Origin: Candidatus Sumerlaeales bacterium
Lineage (GTDB): Bacteria; Sumerlaeota; Sumerlaeia; Sumerlaeales; Sumerlaeaceae
Direction of reading: 5' to 3'
Assembly (NCBI GenBank): GCA_036675025.1
Contig: JAKFFN010000113.1
Location: 5,337 to 69,336 of the forward strand
DNA length: 64,000 nt
The notes beneath the pieces are model-generated. The model was not told the DNA's origin. It saw nothing but the letters and a program-made list of their open reading frames with translations, and made no database searches. Position numbers and translations under genes: made by a program. Shown one piece after another: positions 57,406 through 64,000 of this stretch (the stretch's first letter is position 1; every line of letters begins with the position of its first letter).

Positions 57406-57493
57406 TGGTGCCGGAGACAGGACTTGAACCTGCACAGCCTTGCGACTACTAGAACCTGAATCTAGCGCGTCTGCCAATTCCGCCACTCCGGCA
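57406..57493 (-). tRNA. tRNA-Leu (anticodon CAG), 88 nt incl. encoded CCA
   Basis: The minus-strand sequence is GCCGGAGTGGCGGAATTGGCAGACGCGCTAGATTCAGGTTCTAGTAGTCGCAAGGCTGTGCAGGTTCAAGTCCTGTCTCCGGCACCA. It has a 7-bp acceptor stem, a long variable arm, the anticodon loop TTCAGGT and a GTTCAAGTC T-loop. It closely matches the D and anticodon arms of E. coli leu tRNA(CAG). Confidence 0.9.
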
Positions 57494-57651
57494 CTCGGTT
57501 GAGCAAGGCGTATTACTCTGAAGTGAAATCTTCATTCGCAGCGATGCTGCTGCGCCCGTAAAAAGGTTGACCGTAAAGGAAACCCCGCTGCTAATGGGTA
57601 GCAGTGGCGCCGGTGTGGGCGCGGGTGTGTGATTAACCAGGGGATTTTTAA

Positions 57652-60048
57652 ATGACCATTTTCCGCAGGACCATGACCTATTTGTGCGCTGCATCTGTAA
57701 CGCTGACGGCCAGCAGTCTTTTAGCCGATCAGTTGCCCGGACAACCCGTATATACGACCCTGGGCGAGCAGGAGAATGCAGCCACACAGACGATGCAACC
57801 GACAGCCATACCTCCTGATGCCCGCGCGGTATCGCTGGTAGACGGACCAGGCGTATGGCGGGAAGACGAGCCGCCGACCTCGGGCGGATTGTGGGGAAAA
57901 AAGATAGCCATTGAAGCGGGCCATGGCCTCACCTGGCGCGGAAGCTTCTGGGGCTGGCAACGGGAGGACTGGTTTCCGGGGCGCCATGTGCACTCCAGCC
58001 AGGAAGACTACAACACCGCACGCATGGTGAACCGGTGGCTGCTGCCGTATCTGCGAAATGCCGGCGCTGATGTTTACCCGGACCGGTGCCCCGACGAACA
58101 GACGAACGAGGTGCTATTTGATGCTCCCGTGCAGATGCCTGCCACGCTGACTGGCAGTTGGCAGGCAACGCCAAATTCCAGTGCCCGCGGAGGCACTTAC
58201 TTTTACTCTTTGTCTACGGCTTCGTCTGCCCCAACGGCAGTGGCCCAGATCCGTGCAGACATTCCGGAAGATGGCTACTACGGCGTTAACGTCTGGTATC
58301 CCAATGGGTGGGCTCCGGCCACCGATGCTCCCGTTACAGTTGTAGATGCAGCCGGAAACCGGCACCCGTTTCGGGTAGATCAGTCGCGAAATACGGGCGA
58401 GTGGGTGTGGCTCGATCGGTTTTACTTTGAGGCTGGTGACGATGTTCTTGTCATGGAAATCTCAAACCAGACCTCTGTGGCAAACAAGCAGGTTCTACTT
58501 GATGGGGTTCGCCTGGGTGGAGGTATGGGCAGCGAGGATTTTGGTGGTGGACCGAGCGGTGTGCCGCGCTGGCAAGAGACGGCTACCTGCTGGACTAAAT
58601 ACAACGGCGCGCCGAGCAGCGTGTGGCAGGCAAACCTGGGCCAGACGCACGATTATTCTGTGCGGTTTAACTACGCAATCTGGCAGGACGCTGATCTGCT
58701 GCTGCGCCTCCACACAAATGGCAGCACTTTCCACACGGGTTTTGGAAGCGAAGCTTACCAATACGCCCCAGACAGTGCGACCCTTACTCGGCTGGGGTAC
58801 ATTTATCCGAAAATCATCCAGTCGGTACGCAACCATTATCGCCCAACATGGACAAACCGCGGCGTTAAGGCCAACGCAGTGAGTGGCTGGTCTTTTCCTT
58901 ATGTGCTGGTGGAGCTGGGCTTTCATGACTGGCTGACGGACGCACAGGCGATGATGGACGCGGATTTCAGGCGAATGGCCATGCGTGGTTATTATGAAGG
59001 GACTATCGACTTTTTCACGAACAAGACCGGAGCCTACCTGCCTGAACCGCCGGTGAACCTTGCCGTGTACAATACAGGCGACGGGATGGTGCGAGCGGAG
59101 TGGACCAGTTCGACAGTGGGAACGGCGCCGGAAAGCTATCGCGTGTATTATAGCACGCACCCTCACTGCTATAAGGATTACGTGGAGACCACCGCCCCGC
59201 TTACCTCTGTAGAAGTTGGTCTATTGGCGCCCGGGCAGGTTTATTACTTCCAGTTCCGGTCGCGAAACGACGGTGGACTTAGCCTGCCATCGGAAACGCT
59301 GGTTGCGATGACGTCTGCAAACCCTGATGCACGCAGGACGCTGCTGGTGAATGGCTTTGACCGGTTCGACTGGGATATTGATGAGACGGATAATCAGCGA
59401 AATTATTGCAAGGAGCATGCGGTGGCGCTGGCTGATGCTGCGACTTCCATTGGCATGGCGATAGTAATCGACTCGGCTTCCAACGAAGCTGTCTCCAGCG
59501 GTCGGCGTTCGCTTACTGGTTATGCATTGGTGAACTGGCAATTGGGCCAGGAGAGCGCAGCCGACGAAACGTTCAGCGCGGCAGAACAGGCTGCTGTCAG
59601 TACGTACAGGGAGCAGAGCGGGGTGCTGGTTGTTTCAGGCACCGATGTGGCATCTGACCTTGGCACAAGCGGCACGCTGGAAGATAAGGCTTTTCTGGAG
59701 GCGAACCTCGGAGTTCAATCGGCCGCTGGCAGGATCTTCGAACCGGAGGCATTGGAAGCGGATTCTGCCGGCGTGTTTGCGGGCTTGAACCTGACGATTG
59801 ACCAGTCGACAGGAACATACAACCTGCTTGGACTGGACGGCGTTAATGCCGGTGCGGCCAGCTCGACTTCTTATGTAGAGGGAGATGTTGCGGTGGCCGT
59901 GCAGTCCATCGCGCAACCCAGCCCGCTGTTCTTTTTCAGCTTCCCGCTTGAAACCATAGCCGGGGCAGAAAACAGGCGGGCGGTAATGGAGCGGATTCTT
60001 CCGTTCACACCGGACAAGGCGCGTGTGGGGGAGTGGTCTTTGTACTGA
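57652..60048 (+). CDS. Secreted protein with Amidase_3-like (N-acetylmuramoyl-L-alanine amidase-type) domain and fibronectin type III domain
   Basis: It has a signal peptide. IAIEAGHG resembles the Amidase_3 start. The FN3-like segment PPVNLAVYNTGDGMVRAEWTSS...YRVYYS is present. Confidence 0.55.
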   Translation: MTIFRRTMTYLCAASVTLTASSLLADQLPGQPVYTTLGEQENAATQTMQPTAIPPDARAVSLVDGPGVWREDEPPTSGGLWGKKIAIEAGHGLTWRGSFWGWQREDWFPGRHVHSSQEDYNTARMVNRWLLPYLRNAGADVYPDRCPDEQTNEVLFDAPVQMPATLTGSWQATPNSSARGGTYFYSLSTASSAPTAVAQIRADIPEDGYYGVNVWYPNGWAPATDAPVTVVDAAGNRHPFRVDQSRNTGEWVWLDRFYFEAGDDVLVMEISNQTSVANKQVLLDGVRLGGGMGSEDFGGGPSGVPRWQETATCWTKYNGAPSSVWQANLGQTHDYSVRFNYAIWQDADLLLRLHTNGSTFHTGFGSEAYQYAPDSATLTRLGYIYPKIIQSVRNHYRPTWTNRGVKANAVSGWSFPYVLVELGFHDWLTDAQAMMDADFRRMAMRGYYEGTIDFFTNKTGAYLPEPPVNLAVYNTGDGMVRAEWTSSTVGTAPESYRVYYSTHPHCYKDYVETTAPLTSVEVGLLAPGQVYYFQFRSRNDGGLSLPSETLVAMTSANPDARRTLLVNGFDRFDWDIDETDNQRNYCKEHAVALADAATSIGMAIVIDSASNEAVSSGRRSLTGYALVNWQLGQESAADETFSAAEQAAVSTYREQSGVLVVSGTDVASDLGTSGTLEDKAFLEANLGVQSAAGRIFEPEALEADSAGVFAGLNLTIDQSTGTYNLLGLDGVNAGAASSTSYVEGDVAVAVQSIAQPSPLFFFSFPLETIAGAENRRAVMERILPFTPDKARVGEWSLY

Positions 60049-60122
60049 GATCATTCAATTTCCAGAGTTTTCATTGGATGATCGTGTAAGGCGATTTCAT
60101 CGCATACAGGCACTGAGAGCTT

Positions 60123-61412
60123 TTGGAAACCGACGCCGTAGCACCAAATGAAGCCATCCATCCTCGCGCGGCATTTCAGCACCGCGACTTTCGTCACTTC
60201 CAGGCGGCGAGGGTGTTTGCTATTCTCGGCTGGCAGATGCAGATCACGGCAATCGGCTACCAGATCTACTCAATGACCGGGCGCGCCCTGGACCTGGGGT
60301 ATGTGGGTCTGGCGTTTTTTCTCCCGAACCTGCTGTTGTCGCTGGTGAGCGGGCATACTGCCGACCGGTTTGATCGTCGCCTGATCATGCTGCTTTGCTT
60401 CGTGGTTTTGCTTGCGGGCTCGCTGGCGCTTTTTGCCATAGCGCTTACCCCCGGGGCGCCTGTCTGGTGGATTTATGCAACCCTGGTAATAACCGGCTCA
60501 GCCCACGCTTTTTACGGCCCCGCCAGCCAGGCGCTCATGCCGCAACTGGTACCTGATAAGCACTTTGCCAATGCCGTGGCGTGGAACTCCACAATCTGGC
60601 AGGCGGTAATGATAGTTGGCCCGGCCAGCGGGGGTTTCATATACGACTTCTTCGGTGGTCCGCACGCTGTCTATGCCATAGATGCTGCATGTTCGGTCAT
60701 CGCGTTTTCGCTCATACTGACGGTTCGTATGCGCACCGGGCGCATGGAAACCGCGGAGGCCAGCTGGCAGACGGTCCTGGCCGGCCTGCGGTTTATCTGG
60801 GACAGAAAGATTGTGCTGGGTGCCATATCCATGGATCTGTTCGCTGTACTTTTTGGTGGTGCCACGGCGCTGCTTCCGGTTTATGCAAAAGATATCCTGC
60901 AGGTGGGCGAGACGGGCTTTGGCGTGTTGCGAAGCGCGCCGGCCGTTGGCGCAGCGCTTACGGCTATTGCGGTGGCTCATTTGCCGCCCATGAAGCGGGC
61001 CGGGGCTACCATGATGTGGTGCGTAGCCGGGTTCGGCGTGGCCACTATTGTATTTGGCGTAAGTAAAAATTTCTATATCTCGGTGGTGGCGCTTTTTATC
61101 ATGGGTGCCACTGATATGGTGAGTGTTATCATCAGGCATACCTTGGTCCAAGTGCTCACGCCGCCCTCTATGCGCGGGCGTGTGGCTGCTGTAAATATTG
61201 TGTTTATCGGGGCAAGCAATGAACTTGGCGATTTTGAAAGCGGTGTGGTGGCGCACTGGGTTGGCGTTGTCAGGGCGGTGGTAATCGGGGGTATCGGTAC
61301 GATACTCGTGGTAGGTGCCTGGGCGGGAATGTTCCCGCAGTTGCGCAAGTTTAAGAGGCTGGACACGCCCCACGCCGAACTCGAAGATGAACCGCGAATG
61401 AATGAGAGCTGA
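60123..61412 (+). CDS. MFS transporter (EntS/enterobactin-exporter-like)
   Basis: It is predicted to have 12 TM helices. Its N-terminal motif FRHFQAARVFAILG is like the EntS family FRxxRF... Confidence 0.8.
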   Translation: METDAVAPNEAIHPRAAFQHRDFRHFQAARVFAILGWQMQITAIGYQIYSMTGRALDLGYVGLAFFLPNLLLSLVSGHTADRFDRRLIMLLCFVVLLAGSLALFAIALTPGAPVWWIYATLVITGSAHAFYGPASQALMPQLVPDKHFANAVAWNSTIWQAVMIVGPASGGFIYDFFGGPHAVYAIDAACSVIAFSLILTVRMRTGRMETAEASWQTVLAGLRFIWDRKIVLGAISMDLFAVLFGGATALLPVYAKDILQVGETGFGVLRSAPAVGAALTAIAVAHLPPMKRAGATMMWCVAGFGVATIVFGVSKNFYISVVALFIMGATDMVSVIIRHTLVQVLTPPSMRGRVAAVNIVFIGASNELGDFESGVVAHWVGVVRAVVIGGIGTILVVGAWAGMFPQLRKFKRLDTPHAELEDEPRMNES

Positions 61413-61515
61413 GGCTCGGCCTGTGGATAAATCTGTGGAAATATGGTTGACGTCCTAAAGTAAATGGGGTTCAGGGTTGTCGTATAGTGTATCTCCAGCC
61501 CGGAGGCTGTTATAG

Positions 61516-61974
61516 ATGTTGTGCCCCTTCTGCGGACACCTCGAAAGCAAAGTGGTTAATTCGCGTCAGAATCCTCGCGGTGATGCAATCCGCCGCCGCC
61601 GCGAATGTCTTGAATGCTCCCATCGTTTTACCACTTTCGAAATGGTGGAGAAAACCCCTATTATCGTGGTGAAGCGCGACGGCAAACGGGAAGCCTACGA
61701 CCGTGAGAAAGTAACCAAGGGGCTGCTGCGGGCGTGTGAGAAGCGTCCGGTGACCATGGAGCAGGTTGAGCGCATAGTACAGACGGTGGAAAAATCGCTC
61801 TATAACAACATGGAAAAGGAAGTAAGCTCACTAAAGATAGGCGAGCTGGCGCTAAGCCAGTTGCGGTCGGTAGATGAAGTTGCCTATGTGCGTTTTGCCA
61901 GCGTTTACCGGCAGTTCCGCGATATCAGCGAGTTCAATCACGAGCTAAAGGTGCTGATGAAGAGCGATATGTAG
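61516..61974 (+). CDS. nrdR: Transcriptional repressor NrdR
   Basis: It has a zinc ribbon (CPFCGH...CLECSHRF) plus an ATP-cone and is 152 aa. Confidence 0.9.
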   Translation: MLCPFCGHLESKVVNSRQNPRGDAIRRRRECLECSHRFTTFEMVEKTPIIVVKRDGKREAYDREKVTKGLLRACEKRPVTMEQVERIVQTVEKSLYNNMEKEVSSLKIGELALSQLRSVDEVAYVRFASVYRQFRDISEFNHELKVLMKSDM

Positions 61975-62104
61975 CACATCCAACCGGGATGTGAATTATT
62001 GCTTGCTAACGCACTTTGGTGAGATTTCATTGCCTGTATTATTACGGTTGTAGCGCGTTCCGCTGTAAGCCGTGTTTGAGACCAGAGGGAAATCGACGAA
62101 GTTT

Positions 62105-63178
62105 ATGCCATCAATTAACTACGCGTTTAAAGAGATCACCTGCAAAATCGTGTATTACGGCCCCGGAGCCGGCGGCAAAACGACTAATTTGCATTACGTC
62201 CACGGTAACGTGCCCTCCAAACATCGCGGCGATTTGGTGTCGCTGGCAACGGAGCAGGACCGCACACTCTTTTTCGATTTTCTTCCGCTGGATATCGGCG
62301 ACGTAAAAGGTTTTAAAACAAAGTTCCAGCTCTACACGGTGCCCGGGCAGGTCTATTACAATGCTACCCGTAAGCTGGTGCTTCGGGGTGTGGATGGTAT
62401 TGTTTTTGTGGCAGACAGCCAGGCCAGCCGCTTCCAGGACAGCCTCGACAGTCTTCGAAACCTCGAAGAAAATCTTCGGGATTATGGCCTCGACCTTGAG
62501 ACAATTCCTTTTGTCATGCAGTACAACAAGCGCGATCTGCCCGATGCTCTCCCACTGGATCAGCTACAGGCGGCTCTCAATCCCGGCGGAAAGTATTCGG
62601 AGTATGAGGCCGTGGCCACTGAAGGTGATGGCTGCCGCGAATCTCTGCGCGATGTTGCCAGCCAGGTTCTGAAAAAGCTTAATTCCACCGCAAATATTGT
62701 TTCTGATGAACAGGTGGTAACCGAGCGATTGGGTGTGGCCGGTGGTACGGCTGCGGCAGGAAAGAGCGGCGCGTCAGCGCCGGTTAGCCATGCAGACCGG
62801 CGGGCGCCTCAAATCTCGATTGACCAGGATACGGTGTTTTCGTGGAACGGGATCAAGCTGGGTTCGGGGGATGTCCGCTTGGAAAGCCGTAAGAACGATC
62901 GCGAAGAAGTTGAGTACAACCTCTCCACGAAGCATAAGGTTCTCGGCTTGAGCAAAAGTCTTAGTCGCATGATGCGTTATGTGGGCGAAGACAAGCAGAC
63001 TGTGGATGGCATCGAACGCACTTACCACGTGCTACGCGATGCGACTTCAAGCTCTGACGGTAAACGCGTGGCGGCGTTTGTGGAAAAGGGCCACGGCATG
63101 GATCGTATCTACCTGGTCTACCCGGGCATTGCCGGAGAAATGAAAGCCGGGCCGGAAGGCGAAGCTAACCCTTTCTAA
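62105..63178 (+). CDS. mglA: MglA-family Ras-like GTPase with ~160-aa C-terminal extension
   Basis: Residues 1-195 are near-identical in key blocks to Myxococcus MglA (KIVYYGPGAGGKTTNL; DRTLFFDFLP; LYTVPGQVYYNATRKLVLRGVDGIVFVADSQ; QYNKRDLPDA). Residues ~196-357 have no recognisable domain. Confidence 0.8.
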   Translation: MPSINYAFKEITCKIVYYGPGAGGKTTNLHYVHGNVPSKHRGDLVSLATEQDRTLFFDFLPLDIGDVKGFKTKFQLYTVPGQVYYNATRKLVLRGVDGIVFVADSQASRFQDSLDSLRNLEENLRDYGLDLETIPFVMQYNKRDLPDALPLDQLQAALNPGGKYSEYEAVATEGDGCRESLRDVASQVLKKLNSTANIVSDEQVVTERLGVAGGTAAAGKSGASAPVSHADRRAPQISIDQDTVFSWNGIKLGSGDVRLESRKNDREEVEYNLSTKHKVLGLSKSLSRMMRYVGEDKQTVDGIERTYHVLRDATSSSDGKRVAAFVEKGHGMDRIYLVYPGIAGEMKAGPEGEANPF

Positions 63179-63224
63179 CTTTCAGCTGAGGGCGGATGGA
63201 GTTTGGCGCACAAACTCGGAGCGG

Positions 63225-64000
63225 CTAGTGGATTTCCGTCAGGGCTTCATTAGACAGTTTTACGGCCATCTTAAGTGTCTCGGTGGGGTTTGCGTCTCGT
63301 GCTACGATTTCATGCATGGCCCAGCGCACATGCTGCTTCATCACCTGGGCATTGGGCAGTAACTGGAGCGGTCTGCTGTCGTCGATAGCTTCTCGTACAA
63401 CCTTATAAACGCGCTGCTCGCCGAAGTAAGGCATCGGCTGGTCGAGCAATGGATTATTCCACACCTCTCGCAGCGGCGGCGGGCTGCCTACCCGGCGGAA
63501 GTAGGCGAGGGCAAATTCTTCTGAAGCCAGGAACCTGGCCAGTTCCACGGCCCCTTGCTTATTACTGGCGTTATAGGGCATGGCCAGGCAAGAGCCACCC
63601 AGCCCAGTAGAAGGGTATTGCGGCGCTCTTTTGGGGAACAAAGCCACTCGCCACTTACCAGCTTGCTCAGGCACTTTTTGTTCCAGGATTTTTGCGAACC
63701 ATGGCCCCGCAATATATCCCGCAATACGCTCCGATTTTATCAGTTCCGTGGGATCGCCTTGCGTGACACGGTTCCATTCTTTTGCTGTGTTATTTTCTAT
63801 CAGATGGTTCAGGTAGCTGAATGCAGCAATGGATTCCGGCGAATCAAAAACGGCCTCACTTAAGTCCTCGCTGAACAATTTGCCTCCCGATGCTGGAAGA
63901 AACGCCATGCGGATTGGAACCGGGTCTTCCGGATCCAGATAAAGAAGGTTCTGAGATGAGCCACGCAAAGTGCGGGGGGTGAAGGTAGCCTCACCCAGGC
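63225..64000 (-). CDS. ABC transporter extracellular solute-binding protein (family 1, sugar-type; C-terminal part only, start beyond the window end)
   Basis: The open frame runs to the window edge. The C-terminal SBP_bac_1-like sequence has the WxxxxYN-type blocks. Confidence 0.6.
   Translation of the reverse strand, partial: LGEATFTPRTLRGSSQNLLYLDPEDPVPIRMAFLPASGGKLFSEDLSEAVFDSPESIAAFSYLNHLIENNTAKEWNRVTQGDPTELIKSERIAGYIAGPWFAKILEQKVPEQAGKWRVALFPKRAPQYPSTGLGGSCLAMPYNASNKQGAVELARFLASEEFALAYFRRVGSPPPLREVWNNPLLDQPMPYFGEQRVYKVVREAIDDSRPLQLLPNAQVMKQHVRWAMHEIVARDANPTETLKMAVKLSNEALTEIH

Noticed and set aside
57061-57486. 141-aa minus-strand ORF starting MAELADALDSGSS
   Set aside because: This is the classic spurious ORF read through a tRNA-Leu gene. 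The region is the tRNA.
60149-60270. Alternative +1 frame ATG (MKPSILARHF...) at the MFS gene 5' end
   Set aside because: This frame terminates after ~40 codons and does not continue into the MFS transmembrane region. The 60123 frame carries the MFS N-terminal motif.
50504-61412. G-rich codon bias of plus-strand genes in the last 14 kb, suspected as horizontal transfer
   Set aside because: The same G/T-over-C/A skew is shared by all plus-strand genes (nrdR, MFS, MglA) and mirrored by C-richness of minus-strand genes. It reflects replication-strand skew, not foreign origin.

Overview
This 64 kb window is a gene-dense bacterial chromosomal segment of moderately high GC content. It has strong strand compositional skew and frequent 1–4 nt start/stop overlaps. 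My guess is a Gram-negative, possibly Acidobacteriota-like lineage, but that is low-confidence inference and I cannot assign the taxon.

Housekeeping anchors are glyQS, lnt, rpmF-plsX, secA, dnaE, nrdR and a tRNA-Leu(CAG). Accessory content sits between them:
- a PhoB/PhoR-like two-component pair
- a KduI–unknown secreted enzyme–KduD uronate cluster with an MFS transporter
- a 1175-aa FG-GAP repeat protein built from near-identical 147-bp tandem DNA repeats, flanked by an intact radical SAM gene and a decayed paralog fragment
- a GH127 hydrolase
- a complete ligase-associated DNA damage response operon (exonuclease, ATP-dependent ligase, Lhr-core helicase, PdeM) with an embedded ynfA
- an orphan OppB-like permease
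- an EF-G paralog with a degenerate GTPase centre
- a 477-aa unknown protein plus HAD hydrolase pair
- an odd phhB-rhodanese-bioD-GT-C gene string
- DUF1015 and agmatine deiminase
- a GxxExxY gene bracketed by 32-bp inverted repeats next to dnaE and the tRNA
- an MglA-family GTPase with a ~160-aa C-terminal extension and no MglB

I found no CRISPR array, transposase or integrase. The candidates I would look at first are the EF-G-like pseudo-GTPase, the extended orphan MglA, the inverted-repeat-bracketed GxxExxY cassette, the 477-aa/HAD pair, and the unassigned 664-aa secreted enzyme in the Kdu cluster.
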